DNA from: Callorhinchus milii | Taxonomy: Eukaryota | Assembly: GCF_018977255.1 (NCBI RefSeq) | Contig: NW_024704895.1 | Coordinates: 62,001-114,510 of the forward strand | DNA: 52,510 nucleotides | Direction: 5' to 3' | Shown here: piece by piece, positions 26,301-41,300 of the stretch | How the letters are laid out: every line of letters begins with the position of its first letter | Position numbering within the stretch: position 1 is the first letter of the stretch | Made by a program: the position numbers and the translations under genes | Notes under the pieces: model-generated | What the model was told of the DNA's origin: nothing | Databases searched by the model: none | Seen by the model: the letters and a program-made list of their open reading frames with translations, nothing else

Positions 26301-29300
26301 TCTAACCGCGACAAACCAGTTCCTACTCCATAAGAAGTCTTCAGATTGTTGTCCGAAGTACTCGGACGCCAGAGCAAAGATTGCGTCGTCCCGTATTCGT
26401 TCCCAAGCGCCAAGACTATGGCACAGGAGTCCCCTTCAGTTTTTGTGGCAGTTGATATGGGTTGAGCCTGCTTCTAAACCGTTGTCTAGCGTAGTTATAG
26501 ACCTTTAAGTATCGTATAGATTTGCAGAGAGCTATGGCTTATCCTAGTCAACGATCTGAGGGTGTTCCTTATGAGATAGCGATACAGCGCGACTGTCTCA
26601 GTGGTCGCGTATAACCTTCACCATCCAGAGGTAAACGCTTGCCACTATGGACAGTTTCGGTCCAGTACTCATCCCCGCGGCATCGAGAAGATACTCAAGT
26701 TCAAGCTGGATCGAGTTCGGTCGGTGGTATGTGAACGCATCCATTCCGAGCAGAGTGAAGGGCGATCCCTCCCTTCGTGCCCATGTCGTATTACCGGCAC
26801 ACGGGATTCGTAGCCCGCTAACACCTTGAGGTAAAATTTGTAAGGTTTTCCTAGAGATAGTGCGAATATAATGGGGAATAGGTTAGTGGTCTATTGGACC
26901 ACATATGGTAATGATAAAGTACAGGACGGTTCAAGGTATAATCCAGGATCGCGATAATACCAAGGATTATATCCGCCACGTATTCGTCGAAAGCAGTGTA
27001 TGAGTGATTATCGACTGGAATGCCTTTCTAGCCTCTGGTCTGGACTGGCCGGTGCACCGCTATAATCTACTCCTACTGACGCAGACACATGCTCCTGTGT
27101 TGGTAAGCAAGGCATCAAACAACCGCACACACCTGATCACACGTTTCCGCTAGGACTGACATATGAGTAGCAAACTACCATATATTCTACCTTCTCTAAT
27201 TATCCCCGGTTCGGGTCGTAGTGCACAAACTGAGTATGGCGAGACTCGTGATGAAGGTTCCGAAGGCGGCAGACCGTGATTCCCCGTCATACTGATAACC
27301 GGGCCCGAGGTACTTTATATTGCACGAGACAACGACGGTGTTGAGGAGAGGTCGCGAAACTATTTGGAGGAGTCTGATTTTATCCAATTATCGCGTCGCG
27401 GCAATTTGGTATATCCGATCGTTGAAACCTGTTGTCTTGCTCATTATAACACTTCTGCTTGCGAAGTTCGGCATAATGTTGGGCCTCATGGGAGTTGATG
27501 TCTACGAGTCTTATGAATGAGTGGCCCACGCGCCCGTGACTTCATTTCCGGTCTGTGTCGCATCATGGTGCCCACTTAGTGACGACCGAACTGGCACAGA
27601 ATAGCATTTATCACTTGGACAGGGGGCATTATATCCCGCACTCCATACTCGTGATGGCCACTCTATGGATACGGATTAAACTACGGGGGAGTCGTTTGGC
27701 TACGGGTCCGCCTGTTTAAGTAGCCGAACTGTATCGCTGGAAACTTGAACCAAGCCCGTCCGTGAGAACCGGACGGGAAGTTGTACACATTAAAGGACCC
27801 ACACTCCCGGGTGGCTCTGAGGGAATTTGATCAACTATTTAAGGTGCTATGTGCAACTAGCGTTGTAATAAACACAAGTGCTAAAGTGTCCCGCGGGGGA
27901 TACTACCCGTCCCGGATGAACAGCGCACCCGGGATGCACAGACCGTAAACACCGCAGACTATTCCGACCGAGTGGCAGAACTTATAATCGGAGCGTCCAG
28001 TTACCCACCGTGCGCTATCGGTCTCTCATCCAAGATATATCAAGGACCGATTATGAAGCAGACGCGCGTCGGGTTACATGAGACAGAGTTCAATATCAGG
28101 CTGATGTCACTATGCTAGGAATCTTCAGTTATTCGAATTTAATAAAAACTCACACTTTTAGCCCTTCATCTCTGGAAAAAGATCCGGACCAATTAAACTC
28201 CCTCGTAAGAGGAGTATCGCGCAATTGGTTGAGTAACTCGGCTCGTTCACATCCTAGCTCACCGGGTTCTTGTCGGATAGTCATGTGTAGCTAAGGGGAA
28301 AAGCGAAGGAGAGTACATTTAGACCCAGGAGACGTGGAAATCCGCATTGCAGTGCATATCTGATCATAACCAAGAAGATATGTATCATGGAAAAGGCACC
28401 TTCAGTAAGATTCACGGCCCTAATGTATCTGCTCAAGGGAATCGCTAGGACTACAAGAGTAACTAGTTGCTTGCCAAGCGGATGATATGTATCCCAGAGT
28501 ACCTTAAGATTCTCAGCCGCCAAGGCTAGTAAGGCCTGGACACCCATCGACTTCGTTCAGTGTAGATAAGGTTTAACTTTAATACGGCGGCCATGCGGGT
28601 CTTCTGCCGCCACCCCTTAATCGGGGAACTTCGAAGAACAGATTCAGTTTCGAAAGACGGACTCGAAGCCACCTGCATCCTCTGGCACATTGAGTGACTC
28701 ATGCGAAGATCCCGAACTGTGGCCGGCGGTAATATGGAAACAGCAATAAACAGAGGTGCGCATAATATTGTTTGCCCAGTTTTTATTGCACGTCTCTAGT
28801 CCATGAGTTATCTCCGTAAACTTCATTATGCGCAATCCGGGAGCCAGGCTGTGCGTAGAATAGAGTTCGTCTGCAGAGGGTAAACCCAGGCTGAAGGATA
28901 CTCCGTGATTGACATTTGATCGAAGCGCGTGTTGCCTCCTAGTGTATTAAGAGTTGTTCCTAGATTCGTATGAAAGGTCGATTGTTGTTCGAACGGAGTC
29001 CCATGAAAGTGGCTAGCCGGACGAGGTTACACATACAGCCAGTAAGAATTCACTGAGGATGGGCTCTTCAATTAGCCAACGTTTCCCCATGGCTCGACAT
29101 CTGTAATCCGCGTATTACAGCAGAACAACTGTACGTAAACGTCCCTGACAAGTGTGCGCATGCAACGATAGTCGGACTGTAATGGATAGAAGGTTGAACG
29201 AATTCTAAAAACACTACAGAATATTTTCAGATTGTCCCAGAGAGTAAACAGCTCACCTTCAACAATACGAATGCCTTTGTAATGCCCACTCCACAGAGAG

Positions 29301-32300
29301 TGGCTAGACAACGATGCTGCTGGCGGTCTCGGTGTCTTCCGTATAAAATCGCCGCTTTGTGGTTAAATCTGGTATGTGAGTGTATTATTAGATGAACTTA
29401 CACTCAATACAAGAGATCAATGAGAAGACAATTCATACGGGTATTGTCGGCTTGTAGTATGGTGTCCACCAAAAACGTTTCTTCAGACCATCCAAATTAT
29501 AGATAGTTGGGCGCGCTCGGTGACCTGGACTCACTGATTACGCAAGCAATCGCATAAGTAAGGATCTTACAATGCACGTGAAACGCTTGTGAAGACTCAG
29601 TTCGCAGATTTCCTCCTGCCGGTATATAACTGTTATTAGTGCCCCCTTGGGTATAGGGCTTTCCGCTACTTTAGGCAGTTCCCCGATTTATCAAGAAATT
29701 GATAGCTTCGGGGCCACACTCTGGATCCCAGTCGAGGGTGCGCCTGTCGAATAATCGTATGCACCTAAGTGAAGAATGAGCCACCGATTAGCGGCATTAT
29801 ATAGTATCATGGCGCAGATTAAGTCAACGAGAGTTTTTAAATAGCCGGTTAAGTCAGAACGTTAGGGGCATGGAGCTGAAGGAGACCGTAAGCATCTAAG
29901 TAGAGTTAGGCTTGGCGCCGCGCAGGTCGAACGTTCCAGGCGCTGAATATAAAGGGACTTGGGAGGTGTGCTTGCGTGGTAGGCCAGCGCAGACAGGAAG
30001 TGCTTGTTGTGCGTCTTCGCTGCGTTAGACTGTCCTTGTAGGTAGGGGAGAGCGTCCAGCTGGCGATGTCGAAGCGTGATGTGCGGATGGCAGGACTGGT
30101 TGCGTAAATGCGACAAACCCTTTATCATTTTGTTAATCCGTACATTTGAATAGCCCGAAAAAGACCACGCTCGACCCGCGACATGCGTGACGAAGTCCCT
30201 TAAGTGACCTCTGCGAAATACTATGCAGCGGTGCCAATCCCCGACGTGCGAACGCGACTCGACCTAACGAGGCAGCGTGCTGTCTATCAAACGGGGAGTT
30301 CCACCAGGTCGACGGCATATCCAGGTCGTCCCTGTGATGAACGCGAGCTGTTGGACCCGAGGAGATCCGCCTGAACAGATTCTGTTCCAGCACATCCACG
30401 TTCCCACGCTCTAATCCAAGGGTTAAGTGCGGAGCGAGTCTTACGTATCGACTGCCTCGAGAGCCCTGATTAGCTCACATTAGGCGTAACGCTTCATTGC
30501 CAACAGGGGGAATTTGTTGGAGTTCCACCCTAGATAATAGCTTGGTGGTGAACAAGGCCTTCGTGGTAGAAACTATGTCCAGACAGAGTGAAGCATCACT
30601 GCAGGTCCTAGGATCGCAAATGGAGTGCCCGAGTCTTAATTGTAGCACATTTGACAACCGCAGAGATGCGCGGGGAAAATCTGCCGCACAATTATTCGCG
30701 AAAAGGGCTCCACAGAGCCAATACTCGCATTCTACACACTAATCCAAAGGGCCCGTAAACCTGGGGATCGGATTCCCATAGCGATGGAGTCCCTGTACGA
30801 TGGTTAGGTCGGCATGATAGACCAGTGGCTATCCCTAGTGAGGCAACTTAGGTAATGACCACTCTGTGAACATGAGGCTGGGGCCTGACGCGTATAGAGT
30901 CATCGGCGAACCGGATCCGTGCCACATCAACGGGCGCACTTTATGCATGCGGACTTGTGGTAAACAGAGACATGGTCGGAAGGTTCCTTGTGCAGTTCCG
31001 TGTGGGGACTTGGGAATAAGAATTGACTACACGAGTAGTGTTTTAGTTTGACCGACAAGCGTAGATCCAAATTAAGTAGTAAATCAAACCTCTGACAGCA
31101 CGGAAGAGGTGTGAGTGGGTTATGTCGGCGGCTGGCTTGCTTCTAGATATACTGAGTGGCCTCGAATCTTCGACCTGCACGTTGACATGGACCACCCCCA
31201 GCTACTGGCCGGAATTAGCATTATGTATAGTCGATACAGTCGTAATCTAAATTCGCGCACACGGCCAGATGCACACCTGTCGCCAGGTGGCCCGCACTAT
31301 CACATCCCTAACCGCGCTAAGATTTGCAGTCGTTAAAACAGGCCTTGGGAGTCTTGCAACCCAATCTGGGCCGCGTAGTTGGGGAAAGGTCAGTCGGGTC
31401 TCCAAGCAAATCCACTGCTACCATCTAGGGTCGACCTCAACTCCGCTTCAGGATCTTATCAGATGATTTTGTGGTATTCGGTAGCAGAAGTGTACACGGT
31501 CCCCGCGTCCGTATCCGTCTCTGCTTCCTGGCACGATGAGATGTAAGATCGCGATGCTAAGAAAAACTTTTACCGACCCAGTCACATTCCAAACGGCACG
31601 ATAACACGCAGAGACCATCGGAAGGTCCTTACACCTAGAAAGCGAACCATTTTTGTGGAGGGTGGGTGTCAATCAGCTACCTAAGAGGTTAGCGACGAAG
31701 TATGCGCGCCACTAACGAGTGTCCGGAGTGATCCCGAACGTAACATTCGGGGTCTACACGCTCGCACAATCCTCTAGAGGAAAATATCTAATGCAAGCCG
31801 GAGCATGTCAGCGCCAATCTATATAACTAACCGATATGAATAACGCTCGGGAAGGTGGGCGTGATACCGAAGAGCTCACACAGGCCCGGTGAAACACCAA
31901 GTCATCGTGGTTATGAGGGTAGACTGAGATCCGGGTTCTGCGAGGAACACTCTAGAAGACCTTACATTCCTCCAATGATTACGGCCCTCTGGGTCACGCT
32001 GAGAACGACGCTACGGCGCCGATCATTTAACCCATATAGTCGTCCTTTACCTAGATCCAACGCGGAGGCCGTAGACGACCTACTTGAAGAATTGTGGGGA
32101 CAGTTGCTAACTTCTTCTGACGCGCCCGTGGTGGAGGGGAGTATGTAACGTATCTGGCCAACGACCGATTGGGTAAGCAGGAAAAAGTATCCGTAGTCAG
32201 CCGGTTTCCCACACATAATTATGGTGCACTGGCGCTTTTAGGACGTCATATCGGACAGGAGTCCTGATGATATAGAGCGCAAACTACTGTCCCGTAGTAC

Positions 32301-35300
32301 GCGTGAATCGCATTGTCCCCTATTTCTACACTTATAATTTGGATTGAACGCAGGCGCCAAGGGTGGTTGTAGCTCCGACTCCCGTCAGGCCACCTTGTCG
32401 GCCATATGGTACACAGTCGGCCCGCCATGCTAGAATAACTTGGAAAAAGTTAATGTTGACTTGTAAGATTAAAAAAACTATCCAAGTAGCCGCGGTAGTA
32501 AAATATACTAAATTGAGTATTTCCGTACTAAAGAGGCAATTGTGTAAGTAGCACCGGACACACCCCGGAAGTAAGTATTCCGGCATGCACTCCCTCATAC
32601 GTTCGTTTAATGTTTGTGATCAACATTCGAAGGCGACAGTTACTGGGGAGGCAAACATTAAGGTTGAAGATTGCTTCGTTCCGGACCTATTCAGAATTAC
32701 CGTGGGAAAATCACTTTTCGGGATGCCTAGAGCCGTACGCAGCCGGGCGAAACAGCCGCTTTAATCAACTGAGATGTAACCCGTAAATTGGATACTACAG
32801 GTATGATTACATCTGAGATTAGAGGTTCGCCGATAATGCGTGGCCTTCTCCAGTATGTGGATTGTCCGCCACGTCCCACCCAAACCCCCGTAGGTTTTCA
32901 TGAGAGCTAAACCTAAGGAAAAAAGCTCTTGTAGGTATTATACCAACATGCAGGAATTACACTGCATCCGTATACCTACTATGGTCAGTTGTTCTAACCT
33001 CATGAATTAAGGTAGTGTTCCCTGATTGGAGAATATTATAGGGGGATGGACCACGTTGGGCTCGGTGTTCCCCACAACAGTTCGCCTCCAATCACGGTTT
33101 CTAACAACGTCACTCTCGCGACCGCTAACTGGTGCTGGTAAGGGTATAACGATGGATTAGAGGAGAGACGCGCCAAGCTTCACGGTCGGCTGTCCCTGCA
33201 GACGCCAGCGTCCACCTTTGGTCGGAAGCGCTAGACGATCCTATTCACTGGAGATTTCTGCTATTGTACGGCCCCCTATTATCAAACGACCCATTTTTTC
33301 CTGGACCCAGTGTCACTCGTCTACCACGGTGACCCGTGGTGCCAGTACACTATGTGTATCGCACGGTATCTGGATTTCGTTACAAAAAGGACGACGGATG
33401 CACCCTGATGATTGTCCCCATTTGGTCAATGCCTCCATAAGGTATAGCAGAATATTACGCCAGTGTGTGCTTTCGGCAGGATCCCGTATACGGGCAGCTG
33501 GAGGGCTTTAAGCATTCTTCTGCTTGCGCAGCCCTAAAGCGTCTCTCTCGTCCTCAGAGGTCGTGTTGGTCGGGGGGTTACAAGGATGAATGGCCAAGCA
33601 CTATCTTTATTACTGTCAACCATGGATGCTGTGGGAGTGCTGAGTAGTTCGCGGGTCGGTGAATATAAAGCCGCCGCCAGGACAAGGTAAAACCGATATG
33701 AGTTTAATTTGATAGGATGCAGCGTATCCCTTTAGCTATGTGAATACGTGTGGCGATGCCGGGGCAGAGGGACCGTAGACTACGTTGACTTAGCGGATTA
33801 GAGAAGTCGTACACGTACGCTAATTACAGTAGCGGATCTATCCTTACAAGTAAAGGCGGTAACCGGGATTGTGCGAAAGCAGCGTGCCTAGGGAGCTATG
33901 TATGCCCTGAAGTGAGGTGAGAGCTACATTGATCGGTGGCCACCTTTCACGCCGTCCGAACCAGGCTCTGAGGCTAATTCATATGACACCCACACTAATC
34001 GAACACGCGCAATGTCATTATTACTCGACGATACTGTGTTAGAATAGGTTATGAAACGAGAAAAGGCGTATCTGGGATTGTGTTATTACACCTAATACTT
34101 TAACTTTGCATAGGAATGAGGTGCCGGGGGATAGGGGCATTAAACATGTATTTCCCCCATAGAGCTTGTTTAAACTGATACCCTGGGTAACTAGAAAAAC
34201 CTGTAACCCCCGCGATACAGTACATATAATCCTCACCTTTTTAAAACGGTCAATTACGTTGGAGTGTCTATTACAGGATAACTGCTCGAATGAAAAGAAA
34301 CCCGTAGCCGATATACAACCATTCTCATAAAACACGTAAATGGTAGTGGGCAGCACTACAGACATCCCGCATAGCAGTCTTGTTAGCTAAGGGACCAAAC
34401 ACACGTTTGATGCCTCCGCTAGCTGTCACGGACAAACTAAATTAAATTACTATGGCCCACCTTTTCGTCTCCCAGGGCTCGCCACTGGCCCTCTTAGAGT
34501 TCTACGCAGTGTTCTGCTAACTAGGTGAGACGCCCTGCACCCAAACACAGGTTGGAAAGTTAAACCTTGCATCATTGGAGAATGGCTGGATCTGTAGGTG
34601 TCCAGGATCAAAATAAGTGGGCGAATTAGCCGAGTACGCTACCCCCCCAAATGTGTGGCTGATGACCAAGAGGGACCTCGAGGGAACATCCACCAATAGA
34701 TATTCTGAGTCGAGTCTCATATTCAACCCTTGATGACTTCTTGGTGGAATAATCATAAAGGATCTATACCGCGACAGGAGCCTACCTTATTGTCGTAGGG
34801 GGGATAATGGAGCGATGGGTGAGTTTCCAGCACATCACTTGAGAGCGGCGCATATACAGCAGGAGCGGATGAGCCTATGTATCGCGTTAGTTAGAGTGTC
34901 CTCCCGCGAGCGGTCCTGCGAAGTTTGCAGCGGGGAGGTGATGATTGACCTTGTTTACGGTGGACTTATGACAGTCATAATGTTCACTCTACAATGCTAT
35001 ATATGGCTAGGGGACAACACTACTAAGCGTGTCACCATCGGCGTTCCCCACTACGTCCAAGAACCGTGGGGGGGACACTCCTAGTCTGATGCCTTATGAT
35101 CCGGTTGGCAGGACTGGTCCGATAGGTATCACAGTGTTTGCCCGATCGGCCGTGTATGACAGTAAGATCGAGAATTTAAAACGTTCTATTAAATAGACCC
35201 TAAAACATTGCACCGCATTTTTCGTAAATGGTTAAGTTGTGTCCGTACAACTCCAATCCATACTTTACGGCTTACAGTTGTCCTGGTCCATGGTTTAGAG

Positions 35301-38300
35301 TTATCTAAAATCGATAGTTAGGACACCATATCTATTTCGTCTAGTATGAATACGAGCGACCAGCGTCTCGATAAGTGTACGTGCAAAAGTATCCCACTGA
35401 CGACATCCACGAGATACCAAAGTGTTTATCGCAAATTATGACCGGTCTCTTTCTATTCTAGATAGGCCAGGTCTATGAGCGTAGGGTGCACTCCGTGGGC
35501 CCCCCCATTTACATACGGCAGCGACGTTTATGATCGGTCCGAAAGAGAAGTGGGTCGCACCCCGCAATCAGATACCGGTTGCACGACAGTCCATCTTCTC
35601 TCCGGGAGAAGAATCTTTCTCTGCGGGACAATAATGATTGTGCGACCACTGTGAAGGCCTGGACGCTGACGATATTCGAACAACTCCTAGTTACAACGCG
35701 GGTTGTAACCGCATTTTGGGATTAGGTGAACCTGTGATTCCGGTCGAAACTGCCGGACTCTTGGGTCAAGTGGCTGCCGTCATACTGAGCGTGATGCGAG
35801 TGATTAGGGGTCCAAACGGGGGACCCAAAGAAGTTAACGGATCCCATCGTATAAATTCTGAATCGCCGCGAGTTGGAGTCTAATACAAGTGTTTAATGGG
35901 GTAGCTCGTAACGGCACCTGCAAACCGGCGGTGTCTCGGTGAGACGATTGAGACAAATGAGTTTTGACGCAAGCCGTTCTCCGGACGTTGCTGAGAACGT
36001 AACAGTTACACGAGGGAACAGTGCACGAGTGGTTATTAGGTCCGGAATCGCTATAGACTTATAGGTCTGGATAGTCAGTCTTATGACAAATTGTGCGAAT
36101 CGCATTCAGTCCTAGATACTTAAACTGTTGGGGGACACAATAATAGGAGTGAGGTTCAAAGATGCAGAGGAAGGCGCCTTACGCAGTTGAATTACCCTCT
36201 ATGAGTGGATGTCCGAGTTGGATCAGGGGGTCTGATTTCGGGAAGGTTAGCTCTAATTCGATTGTCCCAGAGGGTCGGCGCAATCGACTATAGGCACACT
36301 GTGTTAGCGGTCGGGACCTCCGGAAGGTAAACATCCTCAAAATCACCTAGGGCATCACCGTAGCAGGCTGCTCAAGGTGACGCACACTCAGGTGTACTCA
36401 TGTCTCGTGCTTCTGTCTTACAACGAACTGAGCAATCAGGTTTTGCTGTTGGCGTCCGTTTTGTGCAATGCACGGCATCTATCCAATGATCACTCCTTGA
36501 GTACCGTGTGCTTCCGCTGTAGCCTCGTTTTAGAAGGACCCCAGGGGCGGTAACCATAGCCATAATAATCGTCGGTGTTTCATCGCCAAAGTAGCACCGG
36601 TTTTCCCATCGCTGGGCTGGGGTTACTTGCAGTTAAGCTAAGGATTACTAGGGAGCTGGCGAGCTGTGTGAGAACAGTATCACGATCGCATGTCACGCCT
36701 CTCTTGCACTGACATACGTGTTGGTGAACTTTTTGGGGGCTATGTAGCCTGCCGACGCGAATGAAAAGACCCCGCCGGGGTGTTATTTCGGTTCGCGGAC
36801 GAGTACGCATGGCGTTAGAGGGCCTTGTAATCACCAACCCGTGCTGTTTCACTTGTAGCCATGGGGAAAAGCACAGGCCACTTTGTGAACTTCGCGATTG
36901 TGCTGAGTGGGGAAGCGAAGTCGTTCAGTGTGCACCCGGGTGATCTGTTCACACAACGAAACTAACGGACTTTCTTGTAGTCCGTAGTGGCGTCTAAAGC
37001 ACTGGCGATCTCATTGGAGCCCCCCAAGAATGATCCCTGTCCGATTAGGGGCTGTATCGCTTATTTCCAGAACGGACTGACTTGATAACAACCTGATACT
37101 ACGAGTAGGCGTGGAAGGCCCTCCGTTCTTATTAATAAGCTTTTGAGCAGTGGATCGATACAAACCGTGTGGGTTACTGAAGCGGCATCGGCGACTTTGC
37201 GCGACGAAATGCTATGAAGGCTGTGACCTTGATCTCGGATCATTCCCGTAACGCACTAAAACACTACGACCCGGGAATACTATATCGTCCTTCCTCACTC
37301 AACTCCACAAAGGGAGAAACCGGAGTTCTCGCATCTCAGTTCGACTGCGTAAAATGTTGACCAAGCGCGCGATGATATCGAGGACCCTGGTCGTTGCTTT
37401 CTCAATACACGGCAAGTCCAGCCTGCCCGGTTCAGTGGATATGGACGCAAATCCTCGCATCAGTGGTATTGCAACCTGGACTCAGGCGCTGAAACGTTCC
37501 TCACAGGGGACAAGCGAAGATACTTGTGTGATGCTTGGCAAGGTGGATGTGAGTTGTGTTTAACTCAATATTCGAAGATAGTGAATCGAACAACTCGACT
37601 GAACACCCAATTCGTAACGCAATAAATTTACGGTTGTGGTCATGGGATAGCTATACGTCGACAATAGAAGGTGAAGCCGTAACGAGACATGCAAAGACGT
37701 CTAACTCAGCTTATGCAGCAGCAGTTCAACACTGCCGATACACGCCCTGTCACAATGGGCGGTCGAGTTTCCACATTGAAGAGAAGAGTTATCAGGCATT
37801 ATGACAAGTTGACGCTGAGGTGATACAGATGATGGCAGATGTCGGTTAATAGTTAATTCATGACACGAGTCGGCGCAACTAAGTAACGCGCTCAATAACC
37901 GACCGCTGCGCTACTATGAACCTGGACGGTGTCAGACCAAACAAGCGTCTTTATCGCTGTCAGTCCGTAAAAAGCACATCGGCCTCCTCTAAGGCCAGAG
38001 TATATCTTTTTCCAAGAGTCCGACGTAGCTCGACTCGACTCGGTGAGAGATGTGCGAAGCATTGCGGGGAACCTAGTGGTTGGGATGATTCACACTTGAA
38101 AACTCTAGACATGTGCTGGGAAAAGTCTTATCAACCGTATGGAAGGCCAATTGCTATAGAACGCAACAATCTGAGTGACCCAGATGATAAATTGGGGGCG
38201 TCATGGACTAGTGGAGTGGGTACCTGTACAGGTCGCCTCATGAAATGACTGCATTGCGATCGGAGAGGATTCGCTCTTAGGGCAAGGTGTTATATTTTAG

Positions 38301-41300
38301 CAGTGTAGAGTTTACGGGTGGTGAAAACGTGATCAAGAATCGGATACGCAGCGGCCAAACCCAATGGCAGCCATTCCGAATTTCATGTCTGAGTAAGTAG
38401 TAACCCTCTATGGACGCAGACATGCTTACCTGTTGGAGGGATCGAGGACGCTCCCACTAGGCCAATTATTTTGGTCAACAACACCACAACGTAAAGCATC
38501 GCAGTAAGTGGACGTGAGTGATACTCGCACATAAATCCATACCAGGACGTACCTCGGGTTCTATGGCTGCGTTGACTCGAATTCGCGAATTGGGGACGAC
38601 ATGCATATTCGTTTCTGTATCCGACTGATCCGCCAGAGTGGCTGACAGCGCCAAATGGGACATGTCTGCTTGCGATTGAGTTTTAGGGATTTCTCAAATC
38701 CATTAACTATTATGAGCACCAGGGCTCTGCGGGACACCCAGGTATGAGAAGCGCACCTCGTTGGTCTAGTTATGGAATTGCCGAGAGCTGAAGAGGTTAT
38801 GAATAGAAAAAAAAGTTCGTTGTCTTCAAAAGCTGTAGGTGGACTTAGGGACATGATGTTGCGAGTTACCGCGGGACCCAAAGAAGAGTGCAGGAAAATA
38901 GTCACGAATGATCTTTGAAATAAGTGGACGCAACCATTGCCGCCTCTCGTATTGACGCTAGTAGAGACTAATGATCCTCTACCCATATTAATAGCGCTAC
39001 AATGCGATCCTGATACTCGTGACCTGATGTACAATTCAGTGTCTGACCGCTTGAACCTGCACCCTGGCCCCAACCCATATTCCAACTGTATAGGGCAATA
39101 TAATGCGTCACATCCGAACATTTTGCGGCCCCCAGTACTGCATCGGGAGGGTAGATTCGGTGAGTCAAAAATATCAACCTAGCCCTCGGGGGACCTAACC
39201 CACTCGGATGTTGGTGCGTTCATGTTGACAAACATCTGATCAAAAGGTAGTCCAGGAGTATAATCCCATGTATATCGAGTTCTTGTGGGTTCACTGAAAT
39301 CATCCTCACTCGACAGACTTGGAGAGGATGCTTATTTATAATGAGCAATCAGGTAAGGGTTGGAATACGTTCGTCATACGACAAGATTGTTTACATGAGA
39401 CTCGTTCTGCCATGTGCATGCAAAAGCAAACCAGAGCGGCCGATGCGCACCATCATCGTTAAATCACAGCACCTAGATAGCACCGTCACCACTGCAAAGA
39501 GCAAGCCTTGGTCAAATCATCTTATCCCACAGCATAACAGACTTATCACTGAGAAAACCCTCTCGGTGAAACTGATCTAGCAGTGCAGGAAGTAGGCTGC
39601 AGTGTATTCCTGATACTTGGAGTGTTCAGCGTAAGATCCAAGGCCTGCCACAGACCCCCTGGCACATGGACACACATTTTCTGATTACCCGTAGATTTCT
39701 GGAAGTCAAGCCAATAGCTTATGAGGATCTGTTCTTAGGCCGTGACTCACAATTTTATATGCAAAGGTTGGTATGTTACTGGGTGACTCGAACGGAATTA
39801 AGTAATACAAAGTCACGGAATGTCAAAACGAGAGACAGATAGTCGTGATCTACCTCAGAGGGCTCTTACTTACCCATGTACAGCCGTTAATCCTTGTAAC
39901 GGTGAGATTTATATTTCAGACAGCTCAAACTAGAAAGCAGATATTTGGCAATACGCACATGTCAACAACACGACTCGCCCTGGTTGGGTGTACGGTTCGG
40001 ACAGGGGTATCGATTGCATACGGAGAGCTGACGCCCTCGAGGTGTTAGCTAAGGGGGAGGCCGGGCTCGCCAATAAATCCGTCAGATAGCGAATTGAGCC
40101 GTCCCAGTCCGTTCACGAGTGACACTGGAATTTTAATTCGTCCTCATAGCTATCGCTATGAGGCGGCCACGTATTTACGATTTCACAGCCCGCGGTAAAG
40201 GAAGGGTTTGCTAACGCGGGGTAGGGTAGACTAGAACTTGAGCTCTAGCCGGGTGTCAGATATGTTCCGATTAAGGGAGCGACAATCCGAGATGTTTTTT
40301 TTCCTTAAGGCTGTCCACTAATGTTTCGTAGTACTTCAAGTTATTACGGATACACGCCATACAGAAAGGGCATTTTCTTTAGAGCGAAAGGCTATGCTTA
40401 CAGCGCTGTCCTAGGTGGAGTCATGATCGAGTACACAACACTGGAACTGCAAATTCGCACGATGAGGCCCAGGTAGATGTTCAGAACGACGGACGTGGAT
40501 TCTCAGTTGAACGTGGTCGAGGCGACGCGAGTCATCCATAGGAACTATCAAAAACATGTCGATCGCCCCGCTGCGGCGATAACAGAAGGATGTCAGCTCT
40601 GGGGGTATAGCCTTGCGCCGAGCCAGTCATTAATAAGTCATCTTACGTGAAAAGTAACTCCGTTGCTAGTAATGAGCGGGGCTTGCAAGATCCGTATTGG
40701 GCTTGGACCCAACATGGTCAACTGAGTACAGTGACGGCAACGTAGATGAACTGCAACTTTGGAGCTATTCAAGCCCTCAGACTGATATTATAGGCGCCGA
40801 GCCCATAACCACTGAACACATATTTCTCTAATAATGGCTCCCTGTCACGACCTCTTGCGACCCAATGAATCACGGGAGGGTGAATCGCCCGACAACACTA
40901 GGCAGAAGTACGCTCGCATCTACTGGAAGTGACAGGAAGTTCAAGGCAAGGATTTGATAACTTTGAGTTAGCAGAATCTAAATTAGTCATGCACACTAAC
41001 GTGGGGGTAGTCGCTCGAACCACAGTCGTTACGTATGCCATAAGTCGACGTCTTGGACACTAATCGGGAGACGTCCTAGTGCCATGGCAGAGAGCGCATA
41101 CGTCTTCATTGGTGCTAGTGGGGGAATTCGACTTCAAGATGCGTGCTCCCTGCATATATACAGAAGTCAGTTGGTTGCATCGGCTGCGGGTGGCCTGGGT
41201 ATACATCTCAATAAAGCTCCATGGTTTTGTAGTTTGACGGGGCGGACCCCCGAGCTTATAATTAACGGATAAGAATAAACGGGACCTATTCTTAGCGAGT

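Noticed and set aside
38561-39121. 186-aa ORF and the other ORFs in the 14.4-46.9 kb block
   Set aside because: No recognisable domains, a composition rich in Arg/Ser/Leu/Cys like random translation, and lengths as expected by chance at balanced GC.
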